This document shows, in pieces, positions 1 to 10,239 of a stretch of 64,000 bases of DNA. The position numbers were made by a program, and so were the translations under genes. The notes beneath the pieces are model-generated. The model did no database searches and was not told the origin of the DNA. It worked only from the letters and a program-made list of their open reading frames with translations. The number at the start of each line of letters is the position of its first letter. Within the stretch, counting starts at the first letter, position 1. Source of the stretch: a virus; IMG/VR virus record IMGVR_UViG_3300033512_000218, positions 75,611-139,610 of that record. One strand, given 5' to 3'.

Positions 1-1
1 A

Positions 2-655
2 ATATGTATTATAAATGAAAAAGGAGAAGATGATTTTCAAGGTATTATGAAACAAATAAGAAAAAAGAATCATGATATTATAAATGCAAAATATTATATA
101 TTCGATTTTCTTAATAAAATAGATTTTGAAAATCAAACAAGTAAAGAAACATTTAGTGAACGTTTATTAAAATTAAATAATCTTAATTATAATAATGATA
201 AAATAATTGTACTACCTCAATATGATTTTGATATGTATATTGATTATGAAAAATGGAATAAATTAGTAAGTGATAATAATTGGGAAGGATTTATGCTTCG
301 TAAAAATACAATATACAAAGGTAAACGAAGTAATGATATTCTTAAAGTTAAAATTTTTTTTGATAATGAATATATTGTTAAAAAAATAGAAACAGGTAAT
401 TTTAGAGTAATAAATAAAGAAACTAAATTAGAAGAAGTTATTGAAACTCTAACAAATGTTATTATAGAACATAAAGGATATGAAGTATCTGTTGGTAGTG
501 GATTTTCATTGGAACAACGTAAATTATACTATAATAATCCTACTTTACTATTAAATAAAAATATTACTGTTTCATACTTTGAAGAAACATTAGACCAAAA
601 TAATAAAATATCATTGAGATTTCCAACTTTCAAAGGTATTAGAGAATTAATTTAA
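2..655 (+). CDS. ATP-dependent DNA ligase (C-terminal part; begins before window)
   Basis: Frame open from position 2; motifs YYIFD, WEGFMLR, KGKRSNDILKVK, VSVGSGFS, SLRFPTF. Confidence 0.93.
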   Translation: MCIINEKGEDDFQGIMKQIRKKNHDIINAKYYIFDFLNKIDFENQTSKETFSERLLKLNNLNYNNDKIIVLPQYDFDMYIDYEKWNKLVSDNNWEGFMLRKNTIYKGKRSNDILKVKIFFDNEYIVKKIETGNFRVINKETKLEEVIETLTNVIIEHKGYEVSVGSGFSLEQRKLYYNNPTLLLNKNITVSYFEETLDQNNKISLRFPTFKGIRELI

Positions 656-710
656 AAATTACTTTATTTAAAATAAAATATTAGTTATGATAAATTTAAA
701 TATGTAAAAA

Positions 711-1292
711 ATGGAAATTTGGACAAAAAAATATAGACCTAAAACAATAAACGATATAATATTAGAAGATAATATTTTATATAAATTAAAACAATTTATG
801 GAAAAAACAAATGATTTACCTAATTTATTATTATACGGTGAATCTGGTATTGGTAAAACATTAATTGCAGATATAATAACAACACAATTGTCTTCTTATT
901 ATACAGTTTTAAAATTAAATCATTCCTTTGATATAAACCATACATTTAAAGTTATTAATTTTGACTCTCATTATTATGGTAAACCAAAAATATTATTTAT
1001 TGACGAGTTTAACAAAGCATTAAATAATCAATATTATGATGAAAAAACATTAATATATACTTGTAATCACTTGGATGATTTAGGTGTACAAAATGTAAGA
1101 TTTAATGATGATTGGATATTGGAAATAAAAAATCCTAACAAATTAAAAATTAAAACATTGATATGTAAAATTCTTGATTGTGAAAAAATAATTTATAATG
1201 AATCGGATATAGATATTATTATTAATAAATTTTATCCATCAATTAGTGATATAATAAATAACACACAATTATATTATAATAATTTAAAATAA
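711..1292 (+). CDS. Clamp-loader/RFC-like AAA+ protein, truncated/divergent
   Basis: W.KKYRPKT N-terminus, Walker A GESGIGKT, Walker B LFIDE; only 193 aa. Confidence 0.8.
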   Translation: MEIWTKKYRPKTINDIILEDNILYKLKQFMEKTNDLPNLLLYGESGIGKTLIADIITTQLSSYYTVLKLNHSFDINHTFKVINFDSHYYGKPKILFIDEFNKALNNQYYDEKTLIYTCNHLDDLGVQNVRFNDDWILEIKNPNKLKIKTLICKILDCEKIIYNESDIDIIINKFYPSISDIINNTQLYYNNLK

Positions 1293-1298
1293 AAACAA

Positions 1299-1651
1299 AT
1301 GGAAAATTTAGTAGACTGGAAATTTAATCATATAAAAAAATAGAGGATTGTGATATTACTTTAGAATATGAAGAAGATAAAGACGACTATAAACTAAGCC
1401 AACGTAGAATATATGTCTGTAAAATTAAAAAATATCTACTTCAATATGGAACAGCAATAAAAGATGGATTTATTTTTGAAAACAATATGAATAATAAAAA
1501 ATTATACATTTCATTAATATACGATTATGAAAAAGTAAATGAAAAATATAAAATATCTTGTTTCATAAAAAGAAATAATTCAAGTGATGATATATATTCA
1601 TTATTAGAGATGGAAGAAATATACAATCATTTAATTCAAATTAAAATATAA
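1299..1651 (+). pseudogene. Frameshifted paralog of 1674..2246
   Basis: Frameshift in A-run ~1334-1340; downstream frame KIKKYLLQYG...KKLYISLIYDYE matches KIKYWLQQYG...KRLYISLEYNYD. Confidence 0.7.
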
Positions 1652-1673
1652 ATAAATTTAAAATAATAATTAT

Positions 1674-2246
1674 ATGGAAAATATAGTAGGATACACTGTT
1701 TATTATTTGAAAAAAATAAACGAAACAAATAATATAGAAATAGCATATCAAATAATACCAATAACTTTTAAAGATTCTTTTGAGGAATTTATTAAAAATA
1801 ATAATATTAGTATGCCAACGGAAGATGAATTTAATGATTGGTATATAAATCAAAAAAAGTATTATGTTATAAATAAAATCAAATATTGGTTACAACAATA
1901 CGGTAATAGAACCAATGAATCGTTTGTGTTTGATGGCAAAATGAATGATAAAAGATTATATATTTCATTAGAATATAATTATGATGATGAAGGAGATGAA
2001 CATGATACGAATTGTATATTAAAAAGAAATAATAAACTAAATGCTGAATATATGGATGATTATACATTAATTGAATTAGAGGAAATATATACTTTTTTAA
2101 CACAATTAAATATAAAAAATAAATCAAAAAAATATTCAAAAAAATATTCAAAAAAAGATTTGAAACAAGCATATGAAATTGGTTATATATCATCACAAAC
2201 AAATGATTTAACATTCAAAGAATGGTATTTAGAATATAATAAATAA
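1674..2246 (+). CDS. Hypothetical protein
   Basis: 190 aa ORF with adjacent paralog. Confidence 0.7.
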   Translation: MENIVGYTVYYLKKINETNNIEIAYQIIPITFKDSFEEFIKNNNISMPTEDEFNDWYINQKKYYVINKIKYWLQQYGNRTNESFVFDGKMNDKRLYISLEYNYDDEGDEHDTNCILKRNNKLNAEYMDDYTLIELEEIYTFLTQLNIKNKSKKYSKKYSKKDLKQAYEIGYISSQTNDLTFKEWYLEYNK

Positions 2247-2262
2247 TTTAAAAATAAAAAAC

Positions 2263-2481
2263 ATGAATTGGAAATTAAACACAGAATATGAAAATCCATT
2301 ATGGAGAAATTATATGGATAATGTAAATGATAATAGATGGTTAAAAAAAGTTGATTTGAAATTACCTTTTATTGTTGAAAGTTTTGCTACTTATGATGAA
2401 GATGAGTTTTTAGAAAAATTAAAAACAGATGAAGAATTTAACAAGATTTGGGGAACTCCATTTAAATCTGATAATGATTGA
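2263..2481 (+). CDS. Hypothetical protein
   Basis: 72 aa ORF in co-oriented run. Confidence 0.6.
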   Translation: MNWKLNTEYENPLWRNYMDNVNDNRWLKKVDLKLPFIVESFATYDEDEFLEKLKTDEEFNKIWGTPFKSDND

Positions 2482-2499
2482 TTAATTTAATCAAAAATA

Positions 2500-2558
2500 T
2501 TTAACATTTATTAACATAAATTAATTTTGATTTAGTTAATAAATGTTTTATCTTTGTA
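2500..2558 (+). promoter_or_regulatory. Repeated early promoter cassette (copy 1, with internal inverted operator copy)
   Basis: TTTAACATTTATTAAC...TTTG...GTTAATAAATGTT.TATCTTTG; Bacteroidota -33/-7 consensus. Confidence 0.85.
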
Positions 2559-2580
2559 GCATAATTTAAAATTAAATAAA

Positions 2581-3126
2581 ATGAGTGTAGAATATATAGA
2601 CAGAGAAAGTCTTTTTGATATTGAAAATTATAAAGTGATTTTTGAAAAGGAAAAACACTACCACAAAATAGTTAAAATAAATGATATTATAAGATGGGAA
2701 GAACATCCCGGAAAAACAGAATTTATAAAAGAAAAAGGATTAAATCATTGTGTAAACCAAATGATACTACTTGGACTTAATAAAAATTCAGAAGAATGGA
2801 GAGCATTATATCGGAATTTAGGTTATTCATTATCTGGTTATTGGGAAGTTTTTTATTGGGAATGGAATAATCCTATAGCAGAAGAGTATAATTATAATGA
2901 AAACAGTATTATAAAAAAAGTAGGATACATAAATAATAATATTTATAATTCATCAGTTGTTTATGAAGTTTATGAAGAAAAGGAAACCGCTAAATTTTAT
3001 TTTGGTGCTACAAAAGTAAATGAAACAACTGATTATGCTTGTTTTGTTGTTTATGATAGAAAAATATTTAGAGATAAAGAATTTTTATCATACGAACAAG
3101 CAAAACAATATTATGACTCTATTTAA
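2581..3126 (+). CDS. Hypothetical protein
   Basis: 181 aa ORF directly after promoter cassette. Confidence 0.7.
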   Translation: MSVEYIDRESLFDIENYKVIFEKEKHYHKIVKINDIIRWEEHPGKTEFIKEKGLNHCVNQMILLGLNKNSEEWRALYRNLGYSLSGYWEVFYWEWNNPIAEEYNYNENSIIKKVGYINNNIYNSSVVYEVYEEKETAKFYFGATKVNETTDYACFVVYDRKIFRDKEFLSYEQAKQYYDSI

Positions 3127-3178
3127 CATTTATTAAGATAATATATTTGTATTTTATTAAAAAATATATTATCTTTGT
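3122..3178 (+). promoter_or_regulatory. Repeated early promoter cassette (copy 2)
   Basis: TTTAACATTTATTAAG...TTTG...TATCTTTG. Confidence 0.85.
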
Positions 3179-3208
3179 AATATTATTAACAATCAAAAAT
3201 AAACCATT

Positions 3209-3733
3209 ATGCTTTTATTAATTTTAACCCTTTTATTTAATTATAATATACAAAGTAATAATACAATAAGTAATAAATTTTATATAAAGATTGATAGCAT
3301 TATTATAAATGTCAAAATAAATAAAACAATTGATGTTTTAAAACATTATGAAAAATACGAATCTACTCCTTATTATTCAAATAATTATTGGTATATTGGA
3401 TATGGACACATGATATTAAAAGGCGAACATTTTACAACATTAACAGAAAAACAAGCTGATTCATTATTTAAAGTAGATTTTGAAAAACATAAAAAACAAA
3501 TAACTAAGTATCTAAACAAAGATACAAAAATAGAATATGTTTATTTATGTACTATGTTAGCATTTAATATTGGAGTTTATAAAGTTAAAAATTATGATAT
3601 TGTTAAGTATATAAATGAAAATAAAGATGTTGAAATAATAAAAGATAAATATATCCAATATTGTATAAATGAAGGTAATCTTCACAAAGGACTATTAGAA
3701 CGAAGAAAACAAGAATTAAATATTTGGCTATAA
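3209..3733 (+). CDS. GH24 phage-lysozyme-like protein with N-terminal hydrophobic signal
   Basis: LKHYE, IGYGH, TEKQADSL, AFNIG, GLLERRKQE. Confidence 0.85.
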   Translation: MLLLILTLLFNYNIQSNNTISNKFYIKIDSIIINVKINKTIDVLKHYEKYESTPYYSNNYWYIGYGHMILKGEHFTTLTEKQADSLFKVDFEKHKKQITKYLNKDTKIEYVYLCTMLAFNIGVYKVKNYDIVKYINENKDVEIIKDKYIQYCINEGNLHKGLLERRKQELNIWL

Positions 3734-3833
3734 TTTAGAAAATATATCTAAATAAATATTCAATATAATTATACTCTATCTTTTGCATAATAATAAAAAA
3801 ATTATTTAATTTAAAATATAAATCAAATTAAAC

Positions 3834-4034
3834 ATGAAAACAAACTATTTTTTTATTCAATATATTCAAACAAATGAATATGATGACTTTAAAAGTCATC
3901 AATTAAGAGATATTAAAACAACAATATTAGGTATTAGTGAAGATATAAGTCCATTAAATTATATAATATATCTTGAAAAAGAATTAAAATCATATTATAA
4001 ATACATATCCATTATTAATATAAATAAATTATAA
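3834..4034 (+). CDS. Hypothetical protein
   Basis: 66 aa ORF. Confidence 0.5.
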   Translation: MKTNYFFIQYIQTNEYDDFKSHQLRDIKTTILGISEDISPLNYIIYLEKELKSYYKYISIININKL

Positions 4035-4038
4035 TAAA

Positions 4039-5423
4039 ATGAAAATACAAGAACCAAAAAATAAAAACTATTGCTTTACTGTTGTTACAGTAGGTAAAGA
4101 TATTCCGTTAGAATGAAGAGATAGAATTGTCCACAAAAACGTTTTTGGTAATTTAGTTATAACTGAAAAAGATAAATATCCTGAAGGAACATTAATGTTA
4201 TATATTCCAGTAGAAACACAATTATCAGAAGATTATTGTAAATATAATAATTTATATGATAAAAAAGAATATAATATTGATACAAATATAAAAGGATATA
4301 TATCATATAATAAAAGAAGAATTAAAGCATTACCTTTAGGAGGATATGAAAGTAATGGATTAATAATGCCAATTGAATCTATCACAAATATATTTACTGA
4401 TTCAGGAAAACTTCCGACAAATTGGAAAAACGAAGGAACTGAATTTGATGAATTAAATGGAGTTGAATTATGTAGAAAATATATTCCTAATCAAACTAAA
4501 AAACAACATACGACAGATAAAAAAAATACTAAAAAAAGAAAACAAATATTGAAATCAAAATTGTTTGTCAACCAATTTTGATTTCATATTGATACATCAC
4601 ATTTAGGAAGAAATACTCAAAAATTAAATCCAACTGATTTAATTCAAATTTCAGATAAATGGCATGGAACTTCAGGTATTTCAAATAAATGTTTAGTTAA
4701 AAGAAATTTAACTTTTATAGAACGTATTCTTATTAAATTAGGATTAAAAATTCAAACTGAACATTATGATAATGTAGGTATATATGCTTCAAGAAAAGTT
4801 ATTAAAAATAGCAAATTTACAACTGAAAATGATTATTATAATAATGATATTGATTGGAGAGAAGTAGTACATAAGAATTTATTACCTCTTATTTCAAATG
4901 GAATGTCTGCTTATTATGAAATTGTTGGATTTTTACCTAATGGAGCACAAATTCAAAAATCATATGATTATGGATATGTGCCTCCTACTGATAAAAATTG
5001 GATTGAAGGTACACATTACGGAGTTCATATATATCGTTTAACTTATACAAATACAGAAGGTATTGTATATGAATTTTCTGCAAAACAAGTTCAAGATTAT
5101 TGTAAAACACATGGATTAAAATCAGTAGTTGAATTATACTATGGATATGCAAATCAATTATTTGATGTTGTAGATGAAAAAGGAGAAAAATTATCAGAAA
5201 CTAATGTAGATGAATGGAAAACTCAATTTATTGAATTTTTAAAGAAAAAATATTGGTATAAACAATGTAAATATTGTAAAAATAAAGTACCTAATGAGTA
5301 ATAGTATTAAGAATTGAAGATAGTGGTTTAACTGTATTTAAACATAAAAACTTTGATTTCTTAAAATATGAAACAAAACAACTTGATACCGAAACATTAA
5401 ATATTGAAGATGAAGAAATATAG
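4039..5423 (+). pseudogene. RNA ligase (Rnl2/DRB0094-like), disrupted
   Basis: Motifs SDKWHGTS, YEIVG, (EG)IVLRIE, FKHK; in-frame TGA at 4114 and 4579, frameshift ~5298. Confidence 0.85.
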
Positions 5424-5952
5424 TATTATTTATGCTGACCCCCCTTGGAGGTATAAAGACCAAAAGAATAACGACCCAAATATGGGTGGAATAACATATC
5501 CTACAATGGATTTAGAGGAAATAAAATCATTACCTATTAATGATATATCTGATAAAGATTGTGCGTTATTTCTTTGGGCTACAATGCCATTATTACCCGA
5601 AGCATTAGAAGTTATCAAATCATGGGGATTTAAATATACAACTTGTGCTTTTACTTGGGTAAAACAAAATCCAAAAGGAGAAGGTATTTATTCTGGTTTA
5701 GGACATTGGACAAATGGTAATGCTGAATTATGTTTATTTGCTAAAAAAGGAACACCTAAAAGAAATGAAAAAAATGTTAAACAAATAGTGTTATCACCAC
5801 GTTCAAGACATTCTGAAAAACCAAATGAAGTTAGAAATAGAATAGTACGTTTAATAGGTGATTTACCTCGTATTGAATTATTTGCAAGACAAAAAATAGA
5901 AGGATGGGATATTTGGGGGAATGAATTAACAAATGATATAGAAATAAATTAA
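5410..5952 (+). CDS. MT-A70 family N6-adenine methyltransferase
   Basis: IIYADPPW, LFLWAT, WGFKY, HSEKP, RIELFAR. Confidence 0.93.
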   Translation: MKKYSIIYADPPWRYKDQKNNDPNMGGITYPTMDLEEIKSLPINDISDKDCALFLWATMPLLPEALEVIKSWGFKYTTCAFTWVKQNPKGEGIYSGLGHWTNGNAELCLFAKKGTPKRNEKNVKQIVLSPRSRHSEKPNEVRNRIVRLIGDLPRIELFARQKIEGWDIWGNELTNDIEIN

Positions 5953-5963
5953 AATTAAATAAA

Positions 5964-6374
5964 ATGGAAAATTTAAAATATTTATTATTGCAAGAAGATG
6001 ATATAATATTAAAACCATCGGAGTTAAAATCAATAATTAAAGACTGTTTAATGGAAGGATTTAATTTGTCAAATTGTGGAGAAAATGGTGAATGTTCAAG
6101 TGGTAGAAACTAATATCAAATTTATAATGAATGGTATAATGAAATGTTTGAACCAAATAGAATTAAATTAAATACTATTATAAATAATAAAATTAGAGAA
6201 ATAAATGATTTTCATAAATATAAAATCAAAATACAAATTCCAAATGACTTGGAATTAATTAATCTCAATTTAGGGAATTGTAACATATTTGAATTTGAGA
6301 ATGATTTATATTATTTTATTGAATCATTGGATTATAATACAGTAACAGAATATTTAAACAAAATAACAAATTAA
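5964..6374 (+). pseudogene. Hypothetical gene with single in-frame TAA
   Basis: ATG 5964 in frame with 6144 ORF; TAA at 6111. Confidence 0.6.
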
Positions 6375-6385
6375 AATTAATAAAA

Positions 6386-6856
6386 ATGAAAACAATTAAA
6401 TTAAAAATCCACAGTTCATTCGATTTAATCACCAATTCAAGTACAGTTATTTTTACTTATAGTGATGGTTCATTAACCGCAGTTGAAGAATTGGTAAATG
6501 AAATGTTAAAAGTATTTAATTCAGATAAAACATTCAATGATATTTTTTATGCTGATGTATTTTTAGAAGACGACTATAATTATTATGAATGGATGGATGA
6601 AGAAGAATTAGAACAATATGGTTTACCAACAGAAAATACATTGGATTATATAAACGATATTAGACTTAAAGTATTAAAAAAAGAAATTGAACAACCTGAA
6701 TGGATGAAAATATCTGAAAAAAGAGAAAATTATAGTGGATATCCATTGGATACTGTATTAGAATTATTACCTAAAGATGAAAAATATATTGATTTATCAA
6801 ATAAATTATTAAATTATCTTTATTCAACTTCACATGAAGCCACCAGAGATGGATAA
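6386..6856 (+). CDS. Phage hypothetical protein (DLITNSS motif)
   Basis: 156 aa; ITNSS motif recurrent in phage proteins. Confidence 0.7.
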   Translation: MKTIKLKIHSSFDLITNSSTVIFTYSDGSLTAVEELVNEMLKVFNSDKTFNDIFYADVFLEDDYNYYEWMDEEELEQYGLPTENTLDYINDIRLKVLKKEIEQPEWMKISEKRENYSGYPLDTVLELLPKDEKYIDLSNKLLNYLYSTSHEATRDG

Positions 6857-6891
6857 TATAAATTATTAATTATTTTAATAAATAAAAAATC

Positions 6892-7614
6892 ATGACTATT
6901 AGTTTAAAAAATATATTTTTGGTTATGTTATTTAGTATCATTATAATTGGAGTTGCAATTATAACACAAAATAATATTAAAAATAATGAAGAAAATTCAT
7001 CTCCTGAAAGTAATCCTATATTTATTATAAATCCTTCAACAGGAAATGGAGATAATGAAGTTATACAAAATATTGATTTATCAAATGAAGAACATGTAAA
7101 TGCGGTATTAAATGATAAAAACTTTGAATATGAGTATATAAATAATGAATTATTAAATACTGTATATGGTATTACACCAAACCCACAAGGATTTGATATT
7201 AAAAATGAAGAAGGAATTAATAAACTTTATTTTCGTTCATTACCACTTATAGTAAAGAAGAATGAACCTATTGTATGGAACAATGCATTAAATAGAGTAG
7301 TAAAATGTTCCTATTTTAAAAAAGATTATCCTAATGAAGTAGTATTTAATATTGACCCATTTGAAGAATTTGTTGCTGGAGTATGGCAATCTGTACTCAA
7401 TACAAATTTAACTGAAAATGATATTGTTTGTATTATACTTATTAAATGGGTTATATTAACAAAAAGTCAATGTACTAAATACACATACTATACTGAAAAT
7501 ACTATTGCTGTTTATTCTATTCCTATTTATAAGAAAGAATTAAAACAGGTAATAAATGATAAATATGTCAATAATTTATTAAATCAAAAATTAAAATATA
7601 ATAATTTAAATTAG
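6892..7614 (+). CDS. Membrane-anchored hypothetical protein
   Basis: N-terminal TM IFLVMLFSIIIIGVAII. Confidence 0.7.
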   Translation: MTISLKNIFLVMLFSIIIIGVAIITQNNIKNNEENSSPESNPIFIINPSTGNGDNEVIQNIDLSNEEHVNAVLNDKNFEYEYINNELLNTVYGITPNPQGFDIKNEEGINKLYFRSLPLIVKKNEPIVWNNALNRVVKCSYFKKDYPNEVVFNIDPFEEFVAGVWQSVLNTNLTENDIVCIILIKWVILTKSQCTKYTYYTENTIAVYSIPIYKKELKQVINDKYVNNLLNQKLKYNNLN

Positions 7615-7616
7615 TT

Positions 7617-8219
7617 ATGGAAGGAAGTGCAACATTAAAATTTGGAAAACCAGCAATTTTTATTTTATTAATTGTTTTAGTTGTTTTTTTTATAATTAAA
7701 TTTAGTACTACAACAGTAATACAAACAACAAAGGAAATAGATATTACAAGCAATTGGACAATACCATCAACTTGGGTAGGTGTTAATAGTACTACAGATT
7801 TTCTTTTATATAGAGGAGTACCACAAGGTCATTATAATTATTATCAAGCATTAGAAGGAACTGCAATGCCATTAAATCCAACATATGGGCATACAAATCC
7901 AACTCTTCATAGAGATGGAAATACAAATAGTAAGTTTACAAGTTGGACAATAAATCTTATGGTAGCATATCATTTTGCAACTAATTTTGATGGTGTTGAA
8001 CCTACAAATGGATTTATATTAGTTACTACATATAGTAATTTAATAAAACAAAAAGCAAAAGTATATTCAACAGAAACATCTACATTTGAAGGAGATATTT
8101 ATGGAGAAAATGAATATTTAGTTACAGATATAATTGATGGTTGTATAGTTATTCCTGTATCACATATAAGTAAAATTGATGTTAAATTAATCAAAAATAT
8201 ATTACTTAATTTAAAATGA
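7617..8219 (+). CDS. Membrane-anchored ADP-ribosyltransferase-fold protein (R-S-E type)
   Basis: N-terminal TM; LYRG, FTSWT...A..FA, ENEYLV motifs. Confidence 0.7.
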   Translation: MEGSATLKFGKPAIFILLIVLVVFFIIKFSTTTVIQTTKEIDITSNWTIPSTWVGVNSTTDFLLYRGVPQGHYNYYQALEGTAMPLNPTYGHTNPTLHRDGNTNSKFTSWTINLMVAYHFATNFDGVEPTNGFILVTTYSNLIKQKAKVYSTETSTFEGDIYGENEYLVTDIIDGCIVIPVSHISKIDVKLIKNILLNLK

Positions 8220-8434
8220 AAAAAATAACATTATTTGATTATAATCGTATATATAGAAATGTACGTAAAATATTTATTAGTGAATTAAACGAAAATGATA
8301 TTATTCATATTGATAATTATATATATAATAAAGATTGTATTTATATATTATTAGTTAATGATAATATTAAAGAAATATCAATATCAAATAATGTTGTTTT
8401 TAATAAGTTAAATAATAATACATATGATAATTAA
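8216..8434 (+). CDS. Hypothetical protein
   Basis: ATGA overlap with upstream gene. Confidence 0.55.
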   Translation: MKKITLFDYNRIYRNVRKIFISELNENDIIHIDNYIYNKDCIYILLVNDNIKEISISNNVVFNKLNNNTYDN

Positions 8435-8756
8435 TACATTAGAACAATTAAATGTAACTAATCAAGGAGTATTTTCAGATTTTAGATTTTCTTTTTATGC
8501 TATATATGAAAGTGATACCCAAATTATTTTGTTACAAGTTTTACGAAATAATGATGGAACATATCAATGGTTTGCAATAGGAAAACCAATAGTATTTAAA
8601 GAACAATTTAAGTATATTAAACATGCATTAGAATATATGTTAAAAGATGAAAATACTATATATTGTGTATTAGTTGATAATAGTTCTTATGCAACTCTTA
8701 TAGAATTGTTAAACTTTGTTAGTAATATACCTTATTTAAAAGGAATTAAATTATGA
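8424..8756 (+). CDS. Hypothetical protein
   Basis: 110 aa ORF, overlapping neighbours. Confidence 0.65.
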   Translation: MIINTLEQLNVTNQGVFSDFRFSFYAIYESDTQIILLQVLRNNDGTYQWFAIGKPIVFKEQFKYIKHALEYMLKDENTIYCVLVDNSSYATLIELLNFVSNIPYLKGIKL

Positions 8757-9079
8757 AATACGCAAAATTATTATTAAATGAATTAAATTGGGGAAATAAT
8801 ACCATAACTAATAATGACATATTATATTTAAAAGATAATAGTTCATTATATGGAAGTAATAATGTATATATTGATTATGAATTTGTTTAACAAAATCCAT
8901 TGATATTTAAAATAGGAACATTATTCAACATAGGTGATAAAATAAAATATAAAAATCAAGTTACTTCAATTTATCTTACAATTGAATCAATTGATTATAC
9001 TTCTAAGAAATATATGTTATCTAATTGGCAATCCGTTGAATTTGATGATATGAATGATTTTGAATTAATTTTAAATTAA
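8753..9079 (+). pseudogene. Hypothetical gene with single in-frame TAA
   Basis: ATGA-coupled start; TAA at 8888; frame stays open to 9079. Confidence 0.6.
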
Positions 9080-9082
9080 AAA

Positions 9083-9156
9083 TGCCCATGTGATGTAATG
9101 GTAGCACGAATGATTGTGGTTCATTTAGTCCGAGTTCGAATCTCGTCATGGGTACA
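9083..9156 (+). tRNA. tRNA-His(GUG)
   Basis: Acceptor GCCCATG/CATGGGT, D-loop AATGGTA, anticodon arm AATGA-TTGTGGT-TCATT, T-loop TTCGAAT; no encoded CCA. Confidence 0.9.
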
Positions 9157-9344
9157 AAAATGATACAATTAGAAATTTCATTTAAATTGGTATATAAGGA
9201 AAACATATGTTCCTTTTGCAAAAAACATGATATTGATATTGAGTGTCATAAAAAAATAAATAATCATTTAATAAAATATAATTTCAATGGACAAATAGAT
9301 GATATTGACAAGTTATATAAATTTTTCAACACATAATATAAAAT

Positions 9345-9827
9345 ATGGCAAAAAAAACAACTGAAGTAAAGGAAAAACATTTTACATTATTTGAACATAT
9401 TAGTAATTTAACTCAACAAAAAGTAAGTTGGGATAAATATAAACCAGAAGATATAGCTGATTTTAATCCGTTTATGATTAATCTTATGCTTAGTCATAAT
9501 ATTGAATTAATTGAATTAGTTAATATGTTTCAACAATATACTGTAGGAGTATTGGATAAACGTGAAGTTTATAAACTATATCTTGGACTACTTCCTAAAA
9601 AGAAAATATTTATAAAATATATTAAAGGTGATGAAACAGAAGAAAATAAATACTATAAGGAAGCAAGTCAATACATTAAACACTATTTTAAAAATGAAAT
9701 TAGTACTGATGAAGCATTTGAATATATTCAATTTATTTCAAGTGATGATATGACAAATATATTAAATAGTTTGGGAGTAGAAGATAAGGAAATAAAAAAA
9801 ATAATTAAACATATATATGAACAATAA
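9345..9827 (+). CDS. Clamp loader small subunit (T4 gp62-like)
   Basis: LFEHI..LT..K, FNPFMIN.MLS, LLPKKKIFIKYIK pattern. Confidence 0.75.
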   Translation: MAKKTTEVKEKHFTLFEHISNLTQQKVSWDKYKPEDIADFNPFMINLMLSHNIELIELVNMFQQYTVGVLDKREVYKLYLGLLPKKKIFIKYIKGDETEENKYYKEASQYIKHYFKNEISTDEAFEYIQFISSDDMTNILNSLGVEDKEIKKIIKHIYEQ

Positions 9828-10239
9828 TAACTATAAATCAGTTGAACCAAGACAAAATAATTTATTTTCAGTTGAATTTCCTGATGAATTTAATGGTCTT
9901 AATTTCAGTGTTTCAAAAATAAATAAACCTAAACTTATAAATAATAAATGGCAGGATATAGAAATTGAGTTTATGGATTTTATTGACCCAATTGTTTCAT
10001 ATGAATTATATAAAATTGCTGAATATTCATTAAATAATGTGATGTTTGATTTTAAAATCAATACATTTAATTCATCGATGGAATTAGTGGAACAATGGAA
10101 TATTTATATTGATAAAATAATATTTATAGATTTTGGAAAAATATGGGACTATACCAACTGTTTAATTAATGCTGAAATACAACGTCCCCGATTATGTATA
10201 TCTCCATCAAATTGTGTATTGAATAAAATATTATACTAA
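9817..10239 (+). CDS. Tail-tube-protein paralog with internal deletion
   Basis: Aligns by eye to 58455..58943 (EPRQ/EPKQ, WQDI/WGEI, VEQWNI/VENWTL, IDFG/VDFG). Confidence 0.75.
   Translation: MNNNNYKSVEPRQNNLFSVEFPDEFNGLNFSVSKINKPKLINNKWQDIEIEFMDFIDPIVSYELYKIAEYSLNNVMFDFKINTFNSSMELVEQWNIYIDKIIFIDFGKIWDYTNCLINAEIQRPRLCISPSNCVLNKILY

Noticed and set aside
2124-2157. 12-nt tandem repeat (SKKY) and similar KKLKL repeat near 19705
   Set aside because: Short slippage duplications expected in very AT-rich DNA; no sign of function.
9021-9221. Minus-strand 66-aa ORF
   Set aside because: Antisense shadow of tRNA-His.
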